This document shows positions 1 to 8,083 of a DNA stretch of 64,000 nucleotides, in pieces. The DNA comes from a virus. Taxonomy: Duplodnaviria > Caudoviricetes. The DNA lies in the IMG/VR virus record IMGVR_UViG_3300027863_001680, positions 3,306-67,305 of that record. The stretch is one strand, 5' to 3'. The stretch's first letter is position 1. Every line of letters begins with the position of its first letter. The translations under genes were made by a program, and so were the position numbers. The notes beneath the pieces were generated by a model. It was not told the origin of the DNA. It worked only from the letters and a program-made list of their open reading frames with translations, and made no database searches.

Positions 1-2
1 CC

Positions 3-683
3 TGGGAAGCGGATGACATTCGGTTTGGCTATGAAGTCATGCTCGATGTCTGCTACCGCCAGCTCGATGCTTCCTACTACGCATATCTCCGCCACAAGAT
101 GACTCAGGCAAAAGAGCGCCACGAGTCGGGAAAAATGAAGCCTGAACTCTTCGCGGAGCTACGAACTCGCTTCAACGCGATCCATGATTGGGCCGTAAAG
201 CACATCGGCGAGAAAGCTCTTCTCCAGACCATGCAGACCACGAACGTGAAGTCCTATATCCCTCCCTCCGAACAGACATTCACTGCCTACAGAAAGACCC
301 AGGATGATGAGTATCAGCGGCGGACAGCGCAGGGAGGTTCTCCACAGTCAGACCAGGCACACAGATTGGAACACGCGCTCGCCGCCCGGGGCTACGCTTG
401 CATCAGGTCATCGATCATCGAGGACATAGTGATATTCGTCCGTGATGACTCGGTTGTCGTCCCCGCGAAGTGGGCCGACAAGGTCCGGTTCACGATGGAC
501 GAGCTTGCTCTGATGATTGGCTCCAGCCCAGAGGCCGTAAAGCAGATTCACGAGGTCAAGCGAGTGTTTGGCGGAAAGGTTGTGTCTCAGGGTGATGACC
601 CATTTGGAGCCGCTATGACAAGACCGGTGCCGGTAGCAGTTGATCAGCAGTCGCTATTTGCAGCCGCGACAGGCACAAAATGA
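3..683 (+). CDS. Phage hypothetical protein, 5'-partial (frame is open to the window edge)
   Basis: ORF 39..683 stays open upstream (WEADDIRFGYEV-M); no family recognised. Confidence 0.6.
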   Translation, partial: WEADDIRFGYEVMLDVCYRQLDASYYAYLRHKMTQAKERHESGKMKPELFAELRTRFNAIHDWAVKHIGEKALLQTMQTTNVKSYIPPSEQTFTAYRKTQDDEYQRRTAQGGSPQSDQAHRLEHALAARGYACIRSSIIEDIVIFVRDDSVVVPAKWADKVRFTMDELALMIGSSPEAVKQIHEVKRVFGGKVVSQGDDPFGAAMTRPVPVAVDQQSLFAAATGTK

Positions 684-746
684 GGCGCGAAACGCCTCTC
701 CCGCCAAACTCCGACTTGCCGTAACAACATTGGCGACAGGAACACA

Positions 747-1262
747 TTGATGACTAATGACAAGCAGATAGAACAGACAGAAACTGAGGTCGGTGTCAGA
801 GACCGCGATGGAATTGACCGCTGGAAGAGAAATGCCGAGTCTGTGAACAAAGGCGGCGCTCCTCAGGGGAATACCAATGCGTTGAAGCACGGCATCTATG
901 CGGACCGATTCCTTACGCCGGAGGAGAAGCCCATCTTCGATGCCATTATCGAGCAGCTCTATCAGGACTTCGTGTTCAACAAAAGCTCTGACTTCATCCA
1001 GGTGGAACTGGTAGCTGTCTATTTCCTAAAGTTGGGCCGCGCTCAGGAGGCTGGCGACTGGGAAGCCGCCGAGAGGCTCGACCGGATGATCCGCTGTCAC
1101 ATGAAAGACCTGAAGACAACGAAGATAACCCGTGAGGGCACTGAGCCTTCTGAGTCACAAACGACACCGGCTGAGTGGGCCACGGCTCTGCTTGAGAAAC
1201 TGGCGGAGGCTGAGAAGGCAAAGGCTGAATCGAAGGCGGAGCCGGAGAAAACGCAGGAATGA
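747..1262 (+). CDS. Terminase small subunit (putative)
   Basis: GGAPQGNTNALKHGIYA motif typical of TerS N-termini; lies upstream of TerL. Confidence 0.75.
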   Translation: MMTNDKQIEQTETEVGVRDRDGIDRWKRNAESVNKGGAPQGNTNALKHGIYADRFLTPEEKPIFDAIIEQLYQDFVFNKSSDFIQVELVAVYFLKLGRAQEAGDWEAAERLDRMIRCHMKDLKTTKITREGTEPSESQTTPAEWATALLEKLAEAEKAKAESKAEPEKTQE

Positions 1263-1351
1263 GTTCAGATAACACCGTCGCGGTCCTGGGAGATCGACGG
1301 AATCCACGCGTGGATTTCGGGCCGGACGAGGGTCGGAGTTCAGATAATACC
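1261..1351 (+). repeat. 16-bp direct repeat GAGTTCAGATAA(C/T)ACC at 1261-1276 and 1336-1351, enclosing the perfect palindrome AATCCACGCGTGGATT (1301-1316)
   Basis: Read directly from the sequence. Confidence 0.9.
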
Positions 1352-1364
1352 TGTTATCTGCGAT
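1337..1364. other. dif-like tyrosine-recombinase site AGTTCAGATAA-TACCTG-TTATCTGCGAT (11-6-11)
   Basis: ATAA-N6-TTAT core with inverted CAGATAA/TTATCTG arms; each arm matches E. coli dif at 7/11 by eye; adjacent to a Xer-like gene. Confidence 0.55.
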
Positions 1365-1411
1365 GTAAACTGCCTGGAATGGTCCCACGCAACAATGCCT
1401 GTGGGAAATGA

Positions 1412-1448
1412 CGCTGGGGAGAGTCGACGAGTGTTCCTTTCCCCAGCG
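1412..1448 (-). terminator. GC-rich stem-loop (CGCTGGGG/CCCCAGCG) just past the recombinase stop, possible terminator
   Basis: Inverted repeat seen directly; no clear U-tract. Confidence 0.35.
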
Positions 1449-1457
1449 CCGCGAAGG

Positions 1458-2375
1458 TCATAATCGCTCTATCGCGTCTTCGAGTGCGTTGTCCGCAAGA
1501 TGCGTGTAGATTTCGGTAGTGGAGATGTCGCGGTGTATGAGGGCGCGCTTTACGAGCAGCAGATCGGAGGTCGCAGCATAGAGGTGCGTTGCGAACGTGT
1601 GTCGCAGACCGTGCGGCGTGACGTTCTTCTGGATTCCGGCCTTGCCGAGCCAGTAAGCAAGACGTTGGGCGACCTGTCGGCAGCAGAGCCTTGTTCCCCG
1701 AGATGAGATGAACAACGCGGTAACATCGGAGCTTGCCTGGCGGTGGCGCTCCTTGAGGTAGCTCCGCAGCAGTGTCCGAAGCGAAGACTTCAGGAACTTG
1801 ACCTGCGGAATATCGCCCTTGCCTGTGATACGAACATGCTTGCCGTCGAGGTCGACGTCGTCAATGTCCAGGCTCACCAGTTCGGCAATGCGGATTCCGG
1901 TACCGAGGAAGAGTTCGAAGATGATCCGGTCGCGACGGGCAAGTGGACTTGTGCGGTCGTGGACTTCCTTGAGAAGTCTGCGCTTCTCGGGTTCGGTGAG
2001 GAACCTCGGGGGCTTGCGCGGCAGGCGTTTCGTGGTCACGGAGATCGCCGGACTGGACTGGATCAGGCCAGTCTGCGTGGCCCAGGCGAAGAACGAGCGC
2101 AGCGCGGCTTTCTGGCGATACATTGTTGCAGCCGATTTCGGCGAGCCGTTCTCGGAACATGCGACCGCCGAGTCAGTGAGTGCGGCATCGATCATCGCCG
2201 GCGTGATATTAGCCAACTCGACATCCGGTAGCACTCGAGCAAAGCACCGGAGGTCGCGCAGGTATGCCGAGATGGTATGCTCCGAGCGGCCTTGCGCCCG
2301 GAGCCTTACCGCAAAATCAGCTATCGCTTGTTCGAGGTCGTTAGTCGGCTGCAGTAGTCGGATCGAGTTCGGCAC
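1458..2375 (-). CDS. XerC/XerD-like tyrosine recombinase (about 305 aa)
   Basis: GTG start at 2375 with GGAGGTG RBS; core-binding N-domain, GIR, TGKG, HGLRH, LIH, TEIYTH. The 427-aa track ORF is over-extended. Confidence 0.92.
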   Translation of the reverse strand: MPNSIRLLQPTNDLEQAIADFAVRLRAQGRSEHTISAYLRDLRCFARVLPDVELANITPAMIDAALTDSAVACSENGSPKSAATMYRQKAALRSFFAWATQTGLIQSSPAISVTTKRLPRKPPRFLTEPEKRRLLKEVHDRTSPLARRDRIIFELFLGTGIRIAELVSLDIDDVDLDGKHVRITGKGDIPQVKFLKSSLRTLLRSYLKERHRQASSDVTALFISSRGTRLCCRQVAQRLAYWLGKAGIQKNVTPHGLRHTFATHLYAATSDLLLVKRALIHRDISTTEIYTHLADNALEDAIERL

Positions 2376-2736
2376 TCTGCACCTCCGATTGTGTCTTGAG
2401 GCTGCGGCCCATAGGTGTGTCTTTCGGGAGTGGGAGCTTGGTGATGTAGCTCTGCTCCAGACACCAGACCAGGAACGCGCGAAAGACTCGGATGGTCTTC
2501 TTGATCGTGATCTCCGAGCGGTCCTTGTCGCCGTGCATCTTGAGAAGCATGTCGGACTTAAGGAATCCGGAGACGTGCGGGACGAGAATCGAGCCGAGCT
2601 TCTTATCCGGTCCGAAGTAAGCTTCGACCTGCTCAAAATCCTTGGAGTAGGTATAGATTGTGCGTTCGCTCTTGCCCTGGCTCTTGAGGTATTCGATGTG
2701 TTCCTCAATGGCCTCGTGCAGTGTCTTTTGTTCCAT
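2341..2736 (-). CDS. Stand-alone integrase SAM-like (core-binding) domain protein
   Basis: ATG at 2736 with GGAGG RBS; AIEEHIEYLKSQGKSERTIYTYSKD resembles the recombinase N-domain; no catalytic domain. Confidence 0.75.
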   Translation of the reverse strand: MEQKTLHEAIEEHIEYLKSQGKSERTIYTYSKDFEQVEAYFGPDKKLGSILVPHVSGFLKSDMLLKMHGDKDRSEITIKKTIRVFRAFLVWCLEQSYITKLPLPKDTPMGRSLKTQSEVQSAELDPTTAAD

Positions 2737-2843
2737 TTCACTACCTCCAGTGGTTGTGTTTAGCATTCACATTCACGCTCAGGTTGCGTGTGAAGTCAAG
2801 GGTTCTTGCCTCAAATGTGCGAGGAAGTGCGGAGGAAAAACGA

Positions 2844-4370
2844 TTGGTTGACGTAACGTCAGAAGAAGAGAGGCTGGGAGTATCTCTGCGGGACCCAGTG
2901 CTGTGGGGGGAAAAGTACCTGCGTAATCGGGACGGCTTCGCGCGCGGCTATTGGCCGCACCAGGTCAAAGACTTGCACTGCGGCGAAAAGAACATTGTCC
3001 ACCTCGACGGCCGCGATGTCGGCAAGAGCATTGTGCTCACAACCGATGCGCTGCACTTCGCATTCACCGTTCGCGGCGGACAGGGCCTCATCGCCGCTCC
3101 GCACCAGGGACATCTGGACACGCTCATCGAGGAGATAGAGTTTCAGCTTGATTCCAACCCCGAGCTTATGAGGAGTATCGCTCTCACGAAATATGGCAAG
3201 CCAAAGATAACCCGTAAGCCTTACTTCAGGCTGGAGTTCACCAACGGTGCTGTTCTTTACTTCCGGCCCGCCGGGGCCTACGGCGATGCATTCAGGTCAC
3301 TGCATGTCGAGCGCGTCTGGGTCGATGAGGGCGCCTGGCTTACGGAGAAGGCATGGAAGGCTCTACGGCAGTGCCTGAAGGCGGGGGGGCGCTTGCGCAT
3401 CTACTCCACACCAAACGGCCTGCGGAACACTACTTACTACCGGCTGACAATGTCGCCGCAGTTCGAGGTGTTCCGATGGCCGTCGTGGATTAACCCGGAC
3501 TGGAGCGAAGATCGTGAGAGGGAGCTTCTTGAATTTTACGGCGGGCGAGACACTGCGGGCTGGCAGCATGAGGTTGCCGGCGAACACGGCAAGCCTTCCT
3601 ACGGCGCGTTCAATATCGAGCACCTGAACCTTTGCCGGCAAGAAATGCCGGAGTATTTGAATGTCGCGATATGCGGTGAGGACATGCGCAACTGCGCGAC
3701 CGAAGAGGAATCCTACGACCGGCTGGAGATGCTTCTTAACCTGATGCCTCAGACCGGCATGTTCTGGATCGGCGGCGACCTGGGTTATACCAACGATCCT
3801 ACGGAGATCGTGGTGTTTCAGGAGATAGAAGTTGGGGAGCGCTCGATCTTGAAACTTGTCCTGCGAATCCACATGGAGCATGTCTCTTACCCGCACATCG
3901 CCCAGACGATATCCCTGCTGGAGAGATATTTCACCCCGGTCGGTATCGGCGTCGATAACGGCGGCAATGGTTTGGCGGTTGTGCAGGAGCTTTTGACCCT
4001 GGACAAATACAAGCAACTTCAGCTTGAGGGCCGACTCTACGGGTATGACTTCGGCGGTATGACAACGCTTGCCGTCCGAGATGGGCGAGAGATCAAAAAG
4101 CGAACCAAGGAATTGATGACCAGCCTCATCTCAGGATCACTGCAGCGCAGGCAGATGGTATTGCCCGCCGATGATCTGGAGATAGAAGATCAGTTCACGA
4201 CTCATACCTACACACTCTCGAACGGCAACGTGATCTACTCCAAAGGCAACGATCACATCATCGACGCCGTGCGCTGCGCGATGCTCGTGCGGGAGCAGAG
4301 AAGTCTGGATCAGCTTACCGAGGAGACGGTATGCGTCATGCCGGTGCTCACTGATCCAGTCTTCTTCTGA
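2844..4370 (+). CDS. terL: Terminase large subunit
   Basis: TTG start after GGAGG; Walker A GRDVGKS, Walker B VWVDEG, nuclease motifs GGDLG, GVDNGG, NDHIID. Confidence 0.92.
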   Translation: MVDVTSEEERLGVSLRDPVLWGEKYLRNRDGFARGYWPHQVKDLHCGEKNIVHLDGRDVGKSIVLTTDALHFAFTVRGGQGLIAAPHQGHLDTLIEEIEFQLDSNPELMRSIALTKYGKPKITRKPYFRLEFTNGAVLYFRPAGAYGDAFRSLHVERVWVDEGAWLTEKAWKALRQCLKAGGRLRIYSTPNGLRNTTYYRLTMSPQFEVFRWPSWINPDWSEDRERELLEFYGGRDTAGWQHEVAGEHGKPSYGAFNIEHLNLCRQEMPEYLNVAICGEDMRNCATEEESYDRLEMLLNLMPQTGMFWIGGDLGYTNDPTEIVVFQEIEVGERSILKLVLRIHMEHVSYPHIAQTISLLERYFTPVGIGVDNGGNGLAVVQELLTLDKYKQLQLEGRLYGYDFGGMTTLAVRDGREIKKRTKELMTSLISGSLQRRQMVLPADDLEIEDQFTTHTYTLSNGNVIYSKGNDHIIDAVRCAMLVREQRSLDQLTEETVCVMPVLTDPVFF

Positions 4371-4384
4371 GCTGATTAATGTGT

Positions 4385-4618
4385 TCAGCAGTCTGATTCC
4401 GCAAGTGCAAGAAGAGTCGAAAGCGGGAGTTGTAATACTCTGGATATGACGATCATCTCGGAAAGTCCCATATCCTTCTTACCGTCTTCCACAAGAGCCA
4501 CATAGTTGGTGGTCATGCCAATGAGCCGCGCGAGCTTATCACGTGTGTATCCCAGCTTCTCCCGCCTCGTTGTGATCACCTGCCCCAACGCTTTCTGATA
4601 TTCTGACTGGTCTTTCAT
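4385..4618 (-). CDS. XRE-family HTH regulator, divergent from the retron operon
   Basis: LGYTRDKLARLIGMTTNYVALVEDG helix-turn-helix pattern. Confidence 0.85.
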   Translation of the reverse strand: MKDQSEYQKALGQVITTRREKLGYTRDKLARLIGMTTNYVALVEDGKKDMGLSEMIVISRVLQLPLSTLLALAESDC

Positions 4619-4729
4619 TGCCTGTCATCCCCTTTGCTTGAAAGTCTTCGCCGAAGCGTGGGGTGCATTCAAACTCTGCTTGGCAGGTAAAGTCAAGTCG
4701 TTTGTGATTTCAGACAAGCGCAGCGCGGT

Positions 4730-4762
4730 TTGTTGAGCACGAGATGTTGTTGAGCACGAGAT
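4730..4762 (+). repeat. Tandem direct repeat TTGTTGAGCACGAGAT (4730-4745 and 4747-4762, period 17)
   Basis: Read directly; abuts the -35 box. Confidence 0.9.
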
Positions 4763-4790
4763 TGTCGGACTGCAAGCTCTCCTGTATAAT
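4762..4790 (+). promoter_or_regulatory. Sigma70-type promoter of the retron operon (TTGTCG-N17-TATAAT)
   Basis: Perfect -10 at 4785-4790 with 17-bp spacer. Confidence 0.7.
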
Positions 4791-4855
4791 GAAGCGAGAC
4801 GCTATTCTATACCATACAAACTCGGCGCTCTCAATGCAAGCGTGGAGAACTGACA

Positions 4856-6259
4856 ATGCCATTACAGATGAAGAGCCTATGCCCTTCGGCTATTGAGGGC
4901 TCAAAGGAGATAGGACGCTGGCTTTCTCAATTCCCTGCAGAGAGCCAGAAAGCCGCCGTGTCTCTTCTCTCTCGCTTGCGATTTGTGTCACGTGACGCCT
5001 ATTCGGATTGGCTGTTGGAAAAACTTGGATACTTGGCCAAAAATGGCAAGTGCGCAGTCTATTCGGTGCGCGAAATCAAAGATCAGAACTGTCTATGGAA
5101 TGACCGCGATGAAGTCGTAGGACGCCACGGAACTTCAGAAGGAAGTGAGGATCTTGTATATTCCCTGATTGGCAATGCCGCTAGATTGTACAAGGACATG
5201 ATACTCGATCATCCAAGCCTCCACATCTTGAGGGATGAACAGGTTCACGATGTCGTTCTCTTGGACGATTCCGTAGGCAGCGGGAACAGAGTGGCCGGAT
5301 TCATTAGATTGATGATGGCTCACAAAACGTTCAGAAGTTGGTGGAGTCTTGGACTTATTAAACTCCACATTGTTTCGCTCGCCCGTACCCGCGAGTCAAA
5401 GCGGGTGATTCTCGAAGCTCTTCCTGGAAGCGATCACGGGAAAAGGAAATACCGCAAGTCAACGAAGATCGTATTCTTGAGCGATATTGTCTATGGAATG
5501 TTTTGGCTGAAAAGGCGGTGGGGGCAGCGATATCAGGACATCATTGATTTGTGTGATGGCCAGACCGCAATACCAGAGGGTCTTCGCCAAGGCTACGGAG
5601 GTGCGATGGCGAGTATTGTATTCTACCATAGCGTTCCGAATAATACGCCCGGGGTCATCTGGCGCAAAAGACGTAATTGGAAGCCGCTATTTCCGGGAAG
5701 GGCCGTCCCGGATTGGCTTCCCGCATTGCTCGATAGCTGTGAGCAACGCACGGCAAAAGTAGGACAGACGGCAGATGCTGCGCACGGGGGCATTGCGATA
5801 TTGCCAGCTGGAATGCTGGAGTTACTTTCACTGATCAGACTTGGTGTAAGGAGAACCTCAAGCCTTGCCCTACGCATGGACCTTGACGTGGAGTTCACTA
5901 AGTCAATCTTGCAGAATGCTATACATGCTGGATTTGTCTCAGAGAATGGGCGTATCACCGAGGCTGGAATTACTGCTCTGGAACGTCAAAACGCGGGTGC
6001 TATGCGTACGTTTGACCGTTCGCTGTATATACCACAATCCTGGTGTAGTGACCAGGCTTCCATTCAGCCGCCTGCTTTCGCAGAGCAGGCAGATCCTGTT
6101 GAAGTTGATACTCCAACAGGTGGGGATGCCGGACAGGTATCTCTGGAAAGAACTGACGCTACGACGACTCCGTCGTCCAGCATGGTCAGGCCCCAAGCAC
6201 CTTCGAAGTCTCGGAAGGGCCCCGACCATGATGGCCCCTTGGGCCAAAGGGAGAGGTGA
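4856..6259 (+). CDS. Retron effector: PRTase-like domain + winged HTH, with a low-complexity tail overlapping the ncRNA
   Basis: PRPP-loop motif VLLDDSVGSG; wHTH-like LLSLIRLG...GRITEAG; stop codon abuts the RT start. Confidence 0.75.
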   Translation: MPLQMKSLCPSAIEGSKEIGRWLSQFPAESQKAAVSLLSRLRFVSRDAYSDWLLEKLGYLAKNGKCAVYSVREIKDQNCLWNDRDEVVGRHGTSEGSEDLVYSLIGNAARLYKDMILDHPSLHILRDEQVHDVVLLDDSVGSGNRVAGFIRLMMAHKTFRSWWSLGLIKLHIVSLARTRESKRVILEALPGSDHGKRKYRKSTKIVFLSDIVYGMFWLKRRWGQRYQDIIDLCDGQTAIPEGLRQGYGGAMASIVFYHSVPNNTPGVIWRKRRNWKPLFPGRAVPDWLPALLDSCEQRTAKVGQTADAAHGGIAILPAGMLELLSLIRLGVRRTSSLALRMDLDVEFTKSILQNAIHAGFVSENGRITEAGITALERQNAGAMRTFDRSLYIPQSWCSDQASIQPPAFAEQADPVEVDTPTGGDAGQVSLERTDATTTPSSSMVRPQAPSKSRKGPDHDGPLGQRER

Positions 6260-6274
6260 ATGGAAGTCTGGTCA
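6049..6274 (+). ncRNA. Retron msr-msd ncRNA (predicted), embedded in the effector 3' end and RT start
   Basis: a1/a2 repeat TGACCAGGCTTCCATTCA (6049-6066) / TGAATGGAAGTCTGGTCA (6257-6274), 17/18 plus one G-U; G6067 in AGC context opposite G6256; six internal hairpins. Confidence 0.75.
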
Positions 6275-7426
6275 GTACACCAGCTCTTCGAGCAAGCAAA
6301 AGCTGATCTCGGGGTAGACAGGTCATCAGAACTGCGAAAATACGCTCAATATCTCATCCACTCGGGACTACCGGTGATCTTCTCATTGAAGCACTTGTCC
6401 AAGATCACACGAGTGAATTACGGCGTTCTTCGCGATACCGTAGGGCGCAGGAGAGAATCAGCGAACTATCGAATGTTCCCGGTGAAGAAACGGTCTGGAG
6501 GCCGGCGGTTCATCCATGCTGTTTCCGGGCAGCTATTTTCAGTGCAGCAGTTCATCAACGCCGACATTCTGCAGAACGTGGCTCCGCACACATCGTCGTT
6601 TGCTTTCCACTGGAATGGTGGAATTCAGAAATGTGCAGCAATGCATTGTGGTGCGAAGTGGCTCTTCCAGTTCGATCTGTCGGATTTCTTCTACGACATC
6701 AATGAGATCGACGTGTTCCGTATCTTCCAGCAGCTTGGATACCGGAAGCTCCTGGCGTTCGAACTGGCACGAATCTGTACTACAATACACCTACCAGCGC
6801 ATCTAAAATGCACCTTTAAGGTACATCGGTACTTCCCAGAATGTCACCCCCCATACGGAGTGTCGTACGACGCAGGAGTTCTGCCTCAAGGTGCCCCCAC
6901 CAGCCCTATGTTAAGCAATTTAGCTGCGAGGGAACTGGACGAGCGACTTTTTGAGTTTGCAGTGGCAAACGGTTTCGTCTACACTCGATACGCCGACGAT
7001 ATCACCTTGTCGGCAAGAGAACTACCAAGTAGAGTGTCTGTTGGGGATATCCATCGGCAGTCAACGCATATCATCAGAACCTGTGGATTCAGAGAGAACA
7101 AGAAGAAGACTCGTGTAGCGGGGCCAGGTTCAAGAAAGATCGTTCTCGGGTTGCTTATAGATGGTGATCAACCACGGATATCACGAGAGACGTACAATAG
7201 GATTGACCGTCACCTATATGCTGCAACAAAGTTTGGTATTGTCGAAACAGCAAGCCACGAAGGCTTTGACTCAGCTTACGGTTTCTACAATCATCTCGCA
7301 GGTCTGATATCATTTGTAAATGATGTGGATAAGAAGAGGTGGACTGAGTTCCACGCACGATTGAGTAAAATCACCGTCCCTTGGCAGACGCCATCAGGAA
7401 CGCAATATGGGGAGTTCTCGCAATAG
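6260..7426 (+). CDS. Retron-type reverse transcriptase
   Basis: FDLSDFF, LPQGAPTSPMLSN, YTRYADD; region X variant CAAMH; region Y variant VLGL. Confidence 0.92.
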   Translation: MEVWSVHQLFEQAKADLGVDRSSELRKYAQYLIHSGLPVIFSLKHLSKITRVNYGVLRDTVGRRRESANYRMFPVKKRSGGRRFIHAVSGQLFSVQQFINADILQNVAPHTSSFAFHWNGGIQKCAAMHCGAKWLFQFDLSDFFYDINEIDVFRIFQQLGYRKLLAFELARICTTIHLPAHLKCTFKVHRYFPECHPPYGVSYDAGVLPQGAPTSPMLSNLAARELDERLFEFAVANGFVYTRYADDITLSARELPSRVSVGDIHRQSTHIIRTCGFRENKKKTRVAGPGSRKIVLGLLIDGDQPRISRETYNRIDRHLYAATKFGIVETASHEGFDSAYGFYNHLAGLISFVNDVDKKRWTEFHARLSKITVPWQTPSGTQYGEFSQ

Positions 7427-7462
7427 GAGTCTGAGCTACTGATCTGCATAGTCTGATGGGAG

Positions 7463-7726
7463 TCATCGCTGACTGGACCGATAATCAAAGTCAAAGCATG
7501 TCGAACCACATCTGGAATTATCGTCGTGTCGGCTGAAGATCAGGAAGATCACCGCAGGCGGATCGAGGAGCCTGTCACACATTCTCAGCATGCTGCTGAT
7601 GACCTCTGCTGCGATCATTACAGATAAGCACGCAAAGAGAGAGTCAGGCCATTCGATGTATCTGACGATAACCCCTGACACCAAAGCGCCTGCTGCATAG
7701 ATCAATTCGGTCTTCAGATGTCTCAT
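7463..7726 (-). CDS. Small putative membrane protein
   Basis: GGAGG RBS; two hydrophobic segments. Confidence 0.5.
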   Translation of the reverse strand: MRHLKTELIYAAGALVSGVIVRYIEWPDSLFACLSVMIAAEVISSMLRMCDRLLDPPAVIFLIFSRHDDNSRCGSTCFDFDYRSSQR

Positions 7727-7999
7727 GATTACTACCTCCGCGCTTTAGTCAGGAGCTTGTTTCGCTTCATTTTCCTGCCATGATGTTCATGCCACGCGGC
7801 GTGCTACTTATATGATTCGATAAATACCAGTATTTGAGACGGGTTTATCATCGTTTTTGCTAGCCGGGCGTGAGACCCATGGAGCGTAACACGGCGCGGA
7901 TATAGTAATGATCTTGTCGTTTGCACTGCTCTTGGCCGCTTTATATAGATAGCAGCCCCATCAACACTTCCCCAGCAGGTATCGCTCCACACAAATCAG

Positions 8000-8032
8000 T
8001 TTCAACACTTCAGTGCCGGTTCCGGTAAATAT
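8000..8032 (+). promoter_or_regulatory. Putative late promoter, copy 1 (TTTCAACACT-N11-TCCGGTAAATAT)
   Basis: Same 33-bp bipartite motif at 20297 and 35832; upstream of portal. Confidence 0.65.
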
Positions 8033-8083
8033 TGAATCGGCGGAGCTTGCTTCGCTATACCTTCAGAAGGAAACGAGGGGAAC

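Noticed and set aside
2376-2741. N-terminal 120 aa of the 427-aa integrase ORF in the track
   Set aside because: Overlaps the SAM-domain gene in another frame; the real start is GTG 2375 with a strong RBS
4791-4855. Retron ncRNA upstream of the effector
   Set aside because: Only about 60 nt of leader, with no a1/a2 repeat; the in-CDS candidate is far better
6260-7426. RT as part of a diversity-generating retroelement or group II intron
   Set aside because: No TR/VR pair, avd gene, maturase or intron domains seen; motifs and flanking RNA fit a retron
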